A stretch of DNA of 64,000 nucleotides. It comes from Trypanosoma brucei (taxonomy: Eukaryota). Below the pieces are notes generated by a model that saw only the letters and a program-made list of their open reading frames with translations, did not search any database and had not been told where the DNA came from. Shown in pieces: positions 29,061 through 39,708 of the stretch. The position numbers and the translations under genes are program-made. Location of the stretch: NCBI GenBank assembly GCA_000002445.1, contig CM000207.1, positions 896,001 to 960,000 on the forward strand, in the 5' to 3' direction. Within the stretch, counting starts at the first letter, position 1. Each line of letters starts with the position of its first letter.

Positions 29061-29402
29061 ATGTCCATGAAGTATCTTGCTGCGTACGCTTTGGCGTCGC
29101 TTGCCAAACCTGCACCGACTGCCGACGACGTGAAGGCCATTTGCAAAGCCAGTGGCGTCAAAGTCGAAGAGGACTCGCTCGCGTTCGTTATGGAAGCCAT
29201 CGATGGCCGTAGCGTCAACACACTCATTGCGGAGGGTGTCGCTAAGATGAGCGCTGTGTCGGTGGCAGCCGCTCCTGCAGCTGGAGGTGCAGCGGCTCCC
29301 GCGGCGGGCGGTGCAGCAGCTGGTGGCGCGGCCGCCCCTGCAAAGAAGCAAGAAGTGGAGGAGGAAGAGGATGATGATATGGGTTTTGGCCTGTTTGACT
29401 AA
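29061..29402 (+). CDS. RPLP2: 60S acidic ribosomal protein P2
   Basis: [63 protein letters not shown]...Ala/Gly-rich hinge...[14 protein letters not shown], the canonical P-protein C-terminus. The ATG at 29061 is 16 nt after a textbook pyrimidine tract plus AG (..ttttttccag, AG at 29043-29044). The 205-aa ORF-track version is an in-frame upstream artefact. Confidence 0.9.
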   Translation: MSMKYLAAYALASLAKPAPTADDVKAICKASGVKVEEDSLAFVMEAIDGRSVNTLIAEGVAKMSAVSVAAAPAAGGAAAPAAGGAAAGGAAAPAKKQEVEEEEDDDMGFGLFD

Positions 29403-29861
29403 ATCGGGCAGAGTATACTCCTGGTCTGTCGTTTCCGCTCGCTTTGCATCACGTTAGGACCTTTGACATTTTGTGTGTTCGGTGAAGTCCGCTGGGTGGT
29501 CGGAGTATCCTGGGGCGAGAGAGTGGAGGGAAGGGCGAGAGAATTCTACCCCGTTACGTTGTTTCTTCTTTTTCTTTTTTTTATATCTTAAATAATTATC
29601 TTCTGATTTGTGCATTTGAGTTTGCTTCTGTTTTACCACGTGTGAAACGACAGCCAGTGTGCAATGTACCGGCAACACCTCTCTACATCTTTCCTTTGCT
29701 CCACATCTTCTTCGCCTGCTTCAACATCAACAGTGCATCACGTGTAGTGTACGGGAAAGCTAATAAGGGATCCTACACACAAGTAGGTGGTAGCGTACGA
29801 AGCTGCACGGACGGGAGGGGAAGCGGCCGCATCCGCGGTTCTTGACTTTAACGCACCTTTC

Positions 29862-32800
29862 ATGACTTTCTTGTATCATCGGTGGTACAACGATGACTTT
29901 ACTATAGCGAATACGCCTAGTGGGAGCTTTCGTGATGTCTGCATGACTTGGTCCTATACGGATCCTCGTATCAAGGAAACGACCCTCATTTTTCTTCTTT
30001 CTCCCTCGGTTGCCCTCACCGAAGGAGCTGAGGGTTTCGTGGAACATGGACTACATGCGCTTAAAATAGTTCACATTAGAGGTGCAACCTCCCAACCAAG
30101 CAAAGGGGAGGTGGAAGAGGTAGTTTGCTGCACAGTGGTTGAAATTGTTGGCTCCATCCCTGATGGCGTTGTCCACGGTACAGGAGGCGTGATTTTCCTG
30201 TCAACGCGGCATTTTCTATTTCACATTCCGACCGGGGAACAGAGCCGTACCGGTGGAAAGGAAAGGGAAGACGCACTTGACCACTTTGTGTTTACGGAGA
30301 AGAATAGTTGGGAACGGCGGTGCGGCGTCGTTCGACCTCTTTATGACGTGGAGCCCATACGCCATGTTCTTTATGGAGCTGAAGGTAACAAAAGTCCTGT
30401 GCTTCATATCGTAACAGTGGTCTCACAGCCTTCACCATCCAGTGTGTCAATGCAGAGTGCTGTTGTTGATCTTTTAGTGGTGGCATCTAGCAGGGACGAA
30501 AGGGACATCTCTCAGTACTCGCGAACGGAGCAGGGCCTGCTAGGAAAGACAATCAGTCGGTGGCGCGGCAGTTCAAAAGCGTCCGGTGACTCCTCGGTTG
30601 CCGTTACGCATACTTTTGTGGTAGCGGTGGTACGGTGCGAGATTTCAACATCTGCCGACCGTCCAGCGGCGTGGAAACTGCTCCACCTCCACGTTGACCG
30701 CAATGTCCCATTCCAGAGGCGCCTGGAGGAGTTGACAGGGAGGGAAGACTTGTGTGGTGTTGGTTGTGATCGGAAGGGAAGTAACGCCACCGCCGCCCAC
30801 ATGGATCCGAGTAAGTGTGTTTGGTGTTACCTTCCGAACGAGGGTGGAGCGCGTGCGGGGTATTGTGGCCTCGTATTTGCTTTGGTGCCGCATAAGCCGT
30901 CAACCAAACTCACGTTAGTTTGCGGTAGTTATGACCCGTCGGGGCAGTCCTACCGGGTTGGTTTTGTGAAGGGAGACGATGCGCATGGGGTGGGCCCGCC
31001 CCTCTACGAAGAGAGGGATAATACGGAGGAGATGCTGTGGAGCCTTGCCGAAGGCACTCACACGGTGCAGATGGTCATGATTGGTAGACCGAACGAAGCC
31101 CTGCACGATAATGAAGGTACATGCGGAGGAGCCAACTTTCAAGGTCGTGAAGGGCTTCGTGCTCAGTGGAGGAAAAGCGCCAGCTCCTCCACCTGGATGC
31201 GGAAGTCCGGTTTAGCAACCGTGCTTAGCTTTGTGGTAGACTTTGTTGACGATGGGTTACATAAGAGCAGAAATCTACGGCAGGGTCTCCATGTCGCTGT
31301 TTGTACGGCGTGGGAACGCAACCGACACGGTCGCTTTCCACTACCCCGTACGGTTTGTTGGTTAGGTACCATCCCTCTACCTATTGGACAAGCTGCCACT
31401 TCCGCCGTGTTGTTTCATGCTGAAGGCAACGACGAGGGAATGAATGTGTGGCGTATGATGGATCGGGTGAATCTGTCGGACTGTGCGGCTGTTTGTGATG
31501 ACACCGTTTCGTGGTATCATGCCTTGCCAACGTCCGTTGTCCCAACCGTCGCCGCCCCCGTGAGCCGGACCAACTTGCGGTGTTTTGTCAGTGTGAATAC
31601 ATTGCTAAAAAAAACACAACTCACTTATGTGCTTGACACACGTTTTGTCGAAGAAAAAACATGTGAGGAACAGCGGCCATCTTTACTGTCATCACTGGAA
31701 CTGTCAAAATTGTTCTACACGCGCCCAGCGATCGCGGAGGAAGGACACGGAGCGATGTACAACCGAGGAGCGACCAGCGATGACTGCGCGGACCTAGCCG
31801 CGTACGTAGCCCGTAGTGTGGCGAGTTCCTCTGGACCTCTCATGGTGGCACACATTTTTAACGAGGCGTGGAGGAGTGTGGCGCTAGTGAAGCACCCAGA
31901 AACTGCCGTCCACGCGCATGATGGTGTTGCACGTGATGGATTGCTACCTTCGACAGATGGAGAGATGATTGCGCTTGGTGATACTGTGTGCCACTTCTTG
32001 TTGTTGGTTTTACAGGAGCTAGATTGGATCAATTCCCCTCAGAACACCAGGCTCCACATCCTGGTGTTAAGTATTCTTGAGGCTGTGTATGCAGAACCGC
32101 AGTTACCACCGTCGTCGAGGTGTTTTGAGGAGGCAACTAATGGGGGCGGGAAGACACAGATGCTGCTCGTCGGGGTGAATGAACAGCGCACCGTGCGATT
32201 GCTGCTTCAGGGAAGCGGTATGTGGCGACGGGTTGCACCTATGCTGTTCGCTTGGGCGAACTACCGCTTTTACGGTAACGGGTGTGAAAATGAACTGGAA
32301 GAAGATAGTGACTCCCTATTTGAAGATACTCTACGTCCGTTTATTGAAGGCTGGGAGAAACAAGAGAATATGGCGGGATTTGACTCACATGCTTGCACTG
32401 CTTCCTGCAATAACGATAGCGAAAGCGGCGAAAGTTGCCTTATTCTGAAACGGTGCGATGTGATACTGCGGCACCTACAACACTCTCAAGATTGTGACAA
32501 ATACAGAAGTGCTGTGGCTGCCCTCTTCCGAGGCGGCGTGAGCTTGAATCGAGTCACTGCACTTGCCTCATGGGCGGGCGATGTGCAAGCCGTCGACCCG
32601 GCCGTCCTTTTGTTTCAGCTGCTACTGGAAGTATGCACACAGTGCGAGGAGCATGTGCAGTTGGCTGCCGCGGTTGACCGGGAGACGATATGCCAATTGA
32701 CTGCCTTAGTGATGCAGTCACGCTTACCGCCTGTAGATACGGTTAAAAATGATGAGAATTCCCTACCCGCGGCGCCAGATGTCCTTCACTCAATGTCAGA

Positions 32801-35800
32801 GGTGCTCAGTTCGTGGAATTTTGAACTTCTTCGTGATTGGCCTCTGGGGGGCACATGCGGAGCCCTTCCCGTGGTGTATCTCTTCTATCACATGGTGGGT
32901 GCGCTTATGGCCTCTCCATGTGACAATATGGAAGATAGAAGGGAGAGATGTAACATTATTACCCATTCTGTGATGTTGCTGCAATGGCTCTGTGGGGACG
33001 ACGCGAGACAATCCACCGAAGTCTTCGGGGCACTGATTTCAGGTAAGGTTCCTCTTGTAGCACTTTGCACTGTGGGTGGATTCGCTGTACAAGCTGGTTG
33101 TGCACCGTCCTCTGGGGTGCCCCCATGCGACGCCGTCGCGCGCCGCAGTTTTAACAGAGTACTTTACCATCTTTTTGTGTCTCCCACGACATCTGTTTTG
33201 CCGCAGTTACTGCTTGCTGAATTCGGTATATCTTACGATTATGTCTCTCACGAAAAGATTGGATTCAGCGTATGGAAACGTGTGCTGGAGGGCGATGTCG
33301 CGGCAGCGTTCAGCTCACGTCTCCTTAACCAACTGCACAAATCCCTTGGTTCCTTCAGTAACAAGAAGCATCCAACTCGTGCGGTTCAGGTATCGTTGCT
33401 ACTTGAGTATCTTCGATCCGTTTTTATGGTAAGTTTGCCTCGGCTGGTGATGGCGCTCGGCGAATCGGAGGAAATCGTGGAAATTGCACTGGGCTCAACC
33501 ATACCATCCTTCATCATGTCAGAATTATCCGTAGACCCCGTTCCGCCAGTGGAGGGATGTGACAATGTTACGTGCGTTTTTTTCAATGTTACTCGTGAAG
33601 TGAAGAAGTTACTGCATTTGTACATGGAAGGAAGCGGTGAAGTGCGCTGTCTGGCGATGCTTTTCGGCGTTTTCTGTGACTCCTGCAAGTCATTGCTCGG
33701 ACACGTTGACGACACAGAAAATGTGCGGGACAGCGCTCAGCCTGGCGGCGTAGAGAGGGAACAGAGTATGTTCACTTTCACTTTACAGGAGATGTACTTC
33801 ATATCTCTTCAGGTGCTCTCAAGTGATATGGGTAGGTTTGTGGTTGTTGCAGAGCTTATCCGTCGGAGTGTTCGGCGCCAGGCAGTGCGTGACCTGGAGA
33901 AATCGCTCCACCGGTTCGATGCCTCTTGGTTGAACAATAGTTCGCGTCTCCAGGAATTCATAAGTAGTGCAGTCGCCAACCTAGATGGAGTTGTATCTTC
34001 TTTAGAAAGCGTGGCACCTCTTTATGCACACACACTGGTGATGATATTCCTTGATGAACTTGTGTTGCTTGCTGGAGAGACGACTGAAGCAGTTGGGAGA
34101 GTTGTCGCTTCTCCATCGATTCCACATGAGCAAGGAGAAGGGTATTATAAGGGTGAGGTTATTGTGGACTTGAACGATAAGTTGACCAAGTGCGTCAAAC
34201 AGATGGCGGCTGAGAAATGGAAAGGCCTGAGGAAAGAAGACAGGCGTCTCATTGCACGTGTGCTCTCCAGTTGCCTTGTTCCTTCTTCTGATGAAGCCTT
34301 TGGGGACGGAGGCTACGAGGAGAGTGATGTGCATTTGCAGATGCGCGACGTGAAAGTTCGTATGTCGAAGTCCCTGCAACGTCGTACCATTGACCCCACT
34401 GTGATGGGCATCGTTGTTGGCGAGGCGTCCGCCAATGAAAGCGATAAGTTTCCTGTGGAACTGAGGCGCAATAACGACTCAGATGGTGTTTTGAAGGTGG
34501 GGGGTGATGCAGAAAGAGCCGAATTCGCCCTACTGGTAAAGGAGGAGGCGTATGTGAGGCGGAAACTGAAGGGTCAGCTTCTTGATAGCTACGCGGAACT
34601 AATCAATGGCAATGGGGTTCATGATTCACTGGCGATTTTGTATTTGGCACTACGTGAGGAGCAGCGACGCCGCCGCTTCGTTGAGTATGTGACTGAATGC
34701 AAGGATTTCGTTCTCGATTTCGCTATTTCCCTTCACATGCTCATGCGTGAGTACTACAATGAGGGTGTTTACCACCTCCAGGAGAAGGCCTTAAGGGAAA
34801 TGGAGAGGCGCGTAGGACTTCTTCTCCTTCAAGAGCGTGAGGCGCGGACGGCTATTGAGGCGGTGCATTCTGTAGGTCGGGATATTTACTTCTGTTGGGA
34901 AAAAGAGCAAAGATCCCTATTTGAGGGTGAAAGTCGGTGCCGTTTGGCTATGTTAGAAGATGAGGAGAATACTCGCGACGCCATTTACGAGCACTTTGCA
35001 AAGGAGGAGGTAGCGGTCGTGCGGCGGTGCGAAGAGCGACTCGAGGAAGAAGCTTGGCGCCAGGAGGAAGAGCAGTGGGCCCTTGAGATGAAGCAGCGGG
35101 AAGATGAAGAGGTGAGTGCAGCACGCACGCAGAATAAGAAACCATCGGAGGGTAAGCGAACAGGTACAAGTGCGTTTACGCGGTGGCAAGAGCGCCGACT
35201 CCAAATGGTGATGGTGCATGAGGAGGTTTCCGAACCCATGGAACAGGAACGGTGTCCCACATCGTCGATTACTGAGGCGGAAGCGCTACCGACAACGAAA
35301 CCGGAAATTTTACCGAGAGAGAGAACAACAGCCTTTGTGCAAGATCCTGTGGAGGCCCTCACGTCGCTCGTGAGGACCGAACCAACTGAGGAGTCCGTGG
35401 ACGGTAGAGGTTACAGTGCGCTGTTTGACTCATCAGAGTCCCTGTTTGGTGCCATTTCGCGGTTTCAGCAGCAGATAATATCCACAGTGGCACCTCCTCC
35501 ATTGTCAGTGGCGAAACAGAAGGAGCAGGAGCAGGGAGGGGAGATGCCGCACCAAAGCCCCACCGAACTGACTGCAAATCCCCATTCTTCAACACAAACA
35601 CAGCAACCGGTGGGGTCGGAGTGGGAGTGGGGATGGGATGAGGTGCCTGACGATGCGGGTGGCTCATGGAAGGTGAGTCGAAATGACTGTAAGACTGGTG
35701 TTGCCACTGAAAATTATTTGACCACGAGGATACCAGATGAGAAGAAAGAAGAGTTCTCAGAGAAAATTATCAAGTTAGAGGCATTGTCCAAAGCAGTTAA

Positions 35801-36305
35801 ACCTCGACCACAGCGGCGGCGCCCATTTGGTGGCGTAGTCAACCTCCATGCAAAGCCGACAGAAGGTAAAGTGAGCCCAATAAACGACAGTATTCCCGAA
35901 ACTGGACAGGAAGAACAGCAAATTGGTGAAATATCTCTAAGGAGCGCCGATGAGGGTCATGCAAAGGAAGTGAGCACGCTGCTCACATCGACTGAAATGT
36001 GGAACGCCAAAGGAGAGGAGCTACACCCCTTTTCGGCAACCGTAGGTGAACCACTGGATGTGGCGACTTCGTCTTTATGGGTCGGAGAGCATCAAATGAA
36101 TTTAGCCGTTAGCGATGTGTGTGAGGAGGTGGTGTGTCACACGGAGTATCTTCCCAAGGATAGCTTGGAAATGAGTAGTGTGATTCTCTCGCTTAGCAGC
36201 TTCCACGTAATGCAAGAAGAGGAAGGAGGTGCCCGCCTTGCGCTTCTCAACGAAGAGCGGATCGGACGTGTTTTTCTCAACCGTCGACTAGTTATGGGAT
36301 TGTGA
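29862..36305 (+). CDS. Very large conserved hypothetical protein (about 2147 aa from the first ATG) with no domain I can recognise; acidic/coiled-coil segments lie near the C-terminus
   Basis: Uninterrupted 6.5-kb + strand ORF. The track start at 29787 is GTG. The first in-frame ATG is 29862 (MTFLYHRW...), which may make the 5'UTR start codon uncertain. A 67-aa uORF at 29642-29845 lies in another frame. Low-complexity E/R-rich stretch at about 34560-35100. Confidence 0.55.
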   Translation: MTFLYHRWYNDDFTIANTPSGSFRDVCMTWSYTDPRIKETTLIFLLSPSVALTEGAEGFVEHGLHALKIVHIRGATSQPSKGEVEEVVCCTVVEIVGSIPDGVVHGTGGVIFLSTRHFLFHIPTGEQSRTGGKEREDALDHFVFTEKNSWERRCGVVRPLYDVEPIRHVLYGAEGNKSPVLHIVTVVSQPSPSSVSMQSAVVDLLVVASSRDERDISQYSRTEQGLLGKTISRWRGSSKASGDSSVAVTHTFVVAVVRCEISTSADRPAAWKLLHLHVDRNVPFQRRLEELTGREDLCGVGCDRKGSNATAAHMDPSKCVWCYLPNEGGARAGYCGLVFALVPHKPSTKLTLVCGSYDPSGQSYRVGFVKGDDAHGVGPPLYEERDNTEEMLWSLAEGTHTVQMVMIGRPNEALHDNEGTCGGANFQGREGLRAQWRKSASSSTWMRKSGLATVLSFVVDFVDDGLHKSRNLRQGLHVAVCTAWERNRHGRFPLPRTVCWLGTIPLPIGQAATSAVLFHAEGNDEGMNVWRMMDRVNLSDCAAVCDDTVSWYHALPTSVVPTVAAPVSRTNLRCFVSVNTLLKKTQLTYVLDTRFVEEKTCEEQRPSLLSSLELSKLFYTRPAIAEEGHGAMYNRGATSDDCADLAAYVARSVASSSGPLMVAHIFNEAWRSVALVKHPETAVHAHDGVARDGLLPSTDGEMIALGDTVCHFLLLVLQELDWINSPQNTRLHILVLSILEAVYAEPQLPPSSRCFEEATNGGGKTQMLLVGVNEQRTVRLLLQGSGMWRRVAPMLFAWANYRFYGNGCENELEEDSDSLFEDTLRPFIEGWEKQENMAGFDSHACTASCNNDSESGESCLILKRCDVILRHLQHSQDCDKYRSAVAALFRGGVSLNRVTALASWAGDVQAVDPAVLLFQLLLEVCTQCEEHVQLAAAVDRETICQLTALVMQSRLPPVDTVKNDENSLPAAPDVLHSMSEVLSSWNFELLRDWPLGGTCGALPVVYLFYHMVGALMASPCDNMEDRRERCNIITHSVMLLQWLCGDDARQSTEVFGALISGKVPLVALCTVGGFAVQAGCAPSSGVPPCDAVARRSFNRVLYHLFVSPTTSVLPQLLLAEFGISYDYVSHEKIGFSVWKRVLEGDVAAAFSSRLLNQLHKSLGSFSNKKHPTRAVQVSLLLEYLRSVFMVSLPRLVMALGESEEIVEIALGSTIPSFIMSELSVDPVPPVEGCDNVTCVFFNVTREVKKLLHLYMEGSGEVRCLAMLFGVFCDSCKSLLGHVDDTENVRDSAQPGGVEREQSMFTFTLQEMYFISLQVLSSDMGRFVVVAELIRRSVRRQAVRDLEKSLHRFDASWLNNSSRLQEFISSAVANLDGVVSSLESVAPLYAHTLVMIFLDELVLLAGETTEAVGRVVASPSIPHEQGEGYYKGEVIVDLNDKLTKCVKQMAAEKWKGLRKEDRRLIARVLSSCLVPSSDEAFGDGGYEESDVHLQMRDVKVRMSKSLQRRTIDPTVMGIVVGEASANESDKFPVELRRNNDSDGVLKVGGDAERAEFALLVKEEAYVRRKLKGQLLDSYAELINGNGVHDSLAILYLALREEQRRRRFVEYVTECKDFVLDFAISLHMLMREYYNEGVYHLQEKALREMERRVGLLLLQEREARTAIEAVHSVGRDIYFCWEKEQRSLFEGESRCRLAMLEDEENTRDAIYEHFAKEEVAVVRRCEERLEEEAWRQEEEQWALEMKQREDEEVSAARTQNKKPSEGKRTGTSAFTRWQERRLQMVMVHEEVSEPMEQERCPTSSITEAEALPTTKPEILPRERTTAFVQDPVEALTSLVRTEPTEESVDGRGYSALFDSSESLFGAISRFQQQIISTVAPPPLSVAKQKEQEQGGEMPHQSPTELTANPHSSTQTQQPVGSEWEWGWDEVPDDAGGSWKVSRNDCKTGVATENYLTTRIPDEKKEEFSEKIIKLEALSKAVKPRPQRRRPFGGVVNLHAKPTEGKVSPINDSIPETGQEEQQIGEISLRSADEGHAKEVSTLLTSTEMWNAKGEELHPFSATVGEPLDVATSSLWVGEHQMNLAVSDVCEEVVCHTEYLPKDSLEMSSVILSLSSFHVMQEEEGGARLALLNEERIGRVFLNRRLVMGL

Positions 36306-36856
36306 GATAACCTCAGCCTGGTGTCCTTCCCTCCTGATGGGGAAGTGGCAATCCACCTTCTTTGCTATGATTCGTCGTGTCTCTCGAAAGGAAAGTTAAC
36401 TTCTTAATAGCCACAGTAACGCATGGATGCAATCCTGCTGTGCGCTCTGTGTAAAATCAGGGCTACTTGACTCTCGTCATTGTCGTGTATTCGGATCGTG
36501 TAGTTCTTCACTTCGGGTGGTTGTCTGTGATCGAACGTGGTTTCGGTAAATTATTATTGGATCGGAGGCGTTATTGGCCGTATTTCCAATGCCTGAGCAG
36601 GGGTTTCAAAGCAACATTTGTGTTTGGACCTCTTCCATATTTTTTTTTACCAATTAGGGGATGTCGTGCCTAACTTCGTGCATCCATTGTTGATCATTTG
36701 TACCATTGTTATTTTTTTTTTTAATTTTGGTTTTGTATCAAGGAATTAGTCGATATATACCTCTTCTTGTAATACGTTGCTGCTCAGAGGCACGCGCGCA
36801 CGACGCTGACCGCACCGCACCGCACCGCACAGGCGGTGAAGGAAGCTGGTTAAGTC

Positions 36857-37894
36857 ATGTCGACTACCACAGATTTTGTTGGGCGGAACTGTCCTCATTG
36901 CAGTGCAGTGGATAGTTTGCAGACAGATGATGTCATGGGCGAAGTAGCTTGCACGGCGTGTGCACTAGTTGTGGCAATGGGACTCGAAGAGAACGTTTTT
37001 ACACGGTACAATGAGAATGCCACGTATGAGGACGTTGATCACCATCGTGAGCGAAATGCAAATCCCACAGCCGCTACTTCCGCTGCGGGTTCTCTTTCAG
37101 CAGCGGACCCTCACATGTCGTCGACCTCTTCGAAGGTTGTGTTACATCCAACCATGCTGAATTGTATGCGAGGCCTTCACAAAAAGGCAGTATTACCAGA
37201 GCCAGTACTCGATCGCGGTATTGAGCTCGCGCGAGCCTTTGTTGGTGGGCGGCGGGCACGTGGGCAGCGGGTGGAACGACAACCGGATGTTGCTGCCGCT
37301 TGTCTTATGATCGCTGCTGAAGAGGCTCAGCAGCCGCTACCGTTGGCCGAAGTGCGGTGTCTTGATTCATCACTTGGCGATGTGGAACTGCGTCGCGCGG
37401 ATATTGTGCGCGAGTTACACCTAGAAGATAGCGAGCGGCGGTTACGCGACACCTTTGCTGATAACCTTCTTGTGAAGTACATTCTGAAACTTGGTCTGCA
37501 AGTCTCATTATACCTACCGCATTGCAAGCGGCTGTTGACGGCACTTGGTCGCGTAGAGGCGTTGGCAGGTTTAACAGTTGCAGATCGAGTAACGACAGCG
37601 CTTCTGTTGGCAAGAACTGCGCAAACACTTTCCTGGGAACAGGGAACGCACATTAGTAAAGGCAAAGAGTGTGACCTTGGTATGGAGGCTATCTACGCTA
37701 ATTTTTCATCCAAAGCTCATTTGGAAGTGACCAAAGTCAACAAAATCATGCACCTGGCCGTAGATGTATTGCCTCTTATCCAGGCAGCGTTTCAAGACTG
37801 TGGAGAGCCCACGGCTGGTAAGAGAAAGGTAGACAAGAACAGTGAGCCAGAAGCGAGTGGTAGCACTAAACGCGTGAAGAGGGAGGAAACATGA
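36857..37894 (+). CDS. TFIIB: Transcription factor IIB-like protein (345 aa)
   Basis: An N-terminal zinc ribbon CPHC-x16-CTAC (MSTTTDFVGRNCPHCSAVDSLQTDDVMGEVACTACALV) is followed by a core of about 300 aa. The size matches the 345-aa TFIIB-like factor I recall for T. brucei SL RNA gene transcription. The cyclin folds are divergent, so the call rests on the ribbon plus length. Confidence 0.7.
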   Translation: MSTTTDFVGRNCPHCSAVDSLQTDDVMGEVACTACALVVAMGLEENVFTRYNENATYEDVDHHRERNANPTAATSAAGSLSAADPHMSSTSSKVVLHPTMLNCMRGLHKKAVLPEPVLDRGIELARAFVGGRRARGQRVERQPDVAAACLMIAAEEAQQPLPLAEVRCLDSSLGDVELRRADIVRELHLEDSERRLRDTFADNLLVKYILKLGLQVSLYLPHCKRLLTALGRVEALAGLTVADRVTTALLLARTAQTLSWEQGTHISKGKECDLGMEAIYANFSSKAHLEVTKVNKIMHLAVDVLPLIQAAFQDCGEPTAGKRKVDKNSEPEASGSTKRVKREET

Positions 37895-38439
37895 AGGTGT
37901 GGAGAGAAAGGAGGGAGATGACAATGGAGAAGAGACTGTTTTGTGGAAGGCGTGCTTTTTAAAAAACCTTCGATTTATGACGTGGAGTATTTTTTTTACT
38001 CTTTTTTTTTGTTATCTTTGCTTATCCATTAGCGTTTCTTAGGTGCTTCTCGTCATCGGCACTGCTCTCCTACGCGAGTCAACCTACGGTGGCTAACCGT
38101 TTGTCCTTGGTGGCCGTGAAACCGCGACGCTTTTCTTTGTTTTTTTTTCTCGTTACACGTTTTTGTGGTTATCCGGTGGTTGCGGCGTTAATATGAAACT
38201 ATATAATTTTTCCCGATGTTTTTTTTACCGCGTTAATAATTTTTCAACAATGTTAGAGAGGTGGAGGCGCCCCTTCATTATCTTCTCCATATACTCCATT
38301 TTGTTGTGTCATTTTTTATTTTTATTTTTTACCAAGCTAGTTGTGATACGCCGCGTATCGTTAAGTGGCGAAGGAGGAAGAAGGAACGAAAGCGAAAAAT
38401 AAAGTTTGAATCCGTTTGAGATACAGACACAACAAAACT

Positions 38440-39708
38440 ATGCCCCGTGAGAACTTCTCACCGAAGCACGTTGATCCTGTGAACTTCCACAACGACGATG
38501 ACGAAGACGAAGAAGAATTCGATCTCTTAAAAGTGATGAATGATATGAAGGTGCACGAACGCCGTAATGTGTATGCTCTGAAAGGTTTACTTAATGAATA
38601 CAAAAGTGTACGGGCGAAGTTCCGTGAAGAGCTCAGCCGGCTTGAGGTGGAGCATCTGCGTGACGCCCAGCATTTCCACGATATTCGCGCTGCCATCGTG
38701 TGTGGAACGCGCGACATCACTGATGAGGAAATAGCTGCTGCCCAGGCATCGTTGGCGGCTGAGACGACGTCTTCTGGTGTTCGTGCAATTTCCTCCAGCG
38801 ATGAAGAACCCGACGCGGGTGATGCAAAGCGGGATGAAAATAAAGCCGGAAAGAAGTCCGTTCGTGTGGTGTCTCCTCAGGAAGATCCCGGCCGCCTCGA
38901 GAAGGCTGCTGCCGCACCTGATGGCGGCATTCCTGACTTTTGGCTCACAGCCATGTGCAACGCCGAGGTGTTGGACTCAACCATTACGGAGCGAGATCGC
39001 CCAGCGCTAAGTCACCTGCAAGACATTCAGTTAGAGCACATTGATGGGGATCCACATAAAGGAGTTCGTATTAACTTCCACTTCTCACCGAATGAGTACT
39101 TTACCAACGAGGTCCTTAGCAAAACATACCGGATGGCCTTTGATGAAGACAGTGGTGAAGTAGAGATTGATTCCATGAGCGCCACTCCCGTTGACTGGAA
39201 GTCGCGTGAGAAGAACCTTACCGTTATCCTTAAGAAAAAGAAACAACGACACAAGACCAAGAGGGAGATTCGTGTGGTGACGCGCGAGGAGAAATGCCCG
39301 TCGTTTTTCAATTTTTTCACCAACCCTCTGGGCGGCGAGGACGAGGACGAGGACGAGGACGGGGACGGAAAAGAGGATGAAAAAAGGGATGAAAAGGAAA
39401 AGGGAAAGAAAACTGACGACGATGACGATGACGATGATGATGATGAAGAAGAGACGGCAGAGTTGCACATTGAATTGGGGCAGGTGTTGATGGAGGAACT
39501 CGTGCCAAAGGCCGCCTTCTACTATACAGGTAAGTCCGTTGAGGAAACGGCACTGGCACTCATAAAGAAATTTAGCGTTGAATCAGATGACGAAGACGGG
39601 GACGAAGATGATGACAGTGATGACGGAAGCGACATCGGTGGTAAATCATCTAAGAAACCCGCACCCAGTGGTGGTAAAACTAATCAGCCGGAGTGCCAGC
39701 AGCAGTAA
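38440..39708 (+). CDS. Nucleosome assembly protein (NAP1-like histone chaperone) with long acidic tracts
   Basis: NAP signature segments ALKGLLNEYKSVRAKFREELSRLE, GIPDFWLTAMCNAEVL and FHFSPNEYFTNEVLSKTY. Poly-D/E runs (GEDEDEDEDGDGKEDE..., DDDDDDDDDEEE, DDEDGDEDDDSDDG). The first ATG is at 38440; the 38416 start is a TTG artefact. Confidence 0.8.
   Translation: MPRENFSPKHVDPVNFHNDDDEDEEEFDLLKVMNDMKVHERRNVYALKGLLNEYKSVRAKFREELSRLEVEHLRDAQHFHDIRAAIVCGTRDITDEEIAAAQASLAAETTSSGVRAISSSDEEPDAGDAKRDENKAGKKSVRVVSPQEDPGRLEKAAAAPDGGIPDFWLTAMCNAEVLDSTITERDRPALSHLQDIQLEHIDGDPHKGVRINFHFSPNEYFTNEVLSKTYRMAFDEDSGEVEIDSMSATPVDWKSREKNLTVILKKKKQRHKTKREIRVVTREEKCPSFFNFFTNPLGGEDEDEDEDGDGKEDEKRDEKEKGKKTDDDDDDDDDDEEETAELHIELGQVLMEELVPKAAFYYTGKSVEETALALIKKFSVESDDEDGDEDDDSDDGSDIGGKSSKKPAPSGGKTNQPECQQQ

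Noticed and set aside
28785-29402. 205-aa ORF-track version of the ribosomal protein P2 gene
   Set aside because: The extra N-terminal 92 residues ([45 protein letters not shown]...) are a translation of the polypyrimidine splice tract. The conserved P2 sequence and an acceptor AG 16 nt upstream place the start at 29061.
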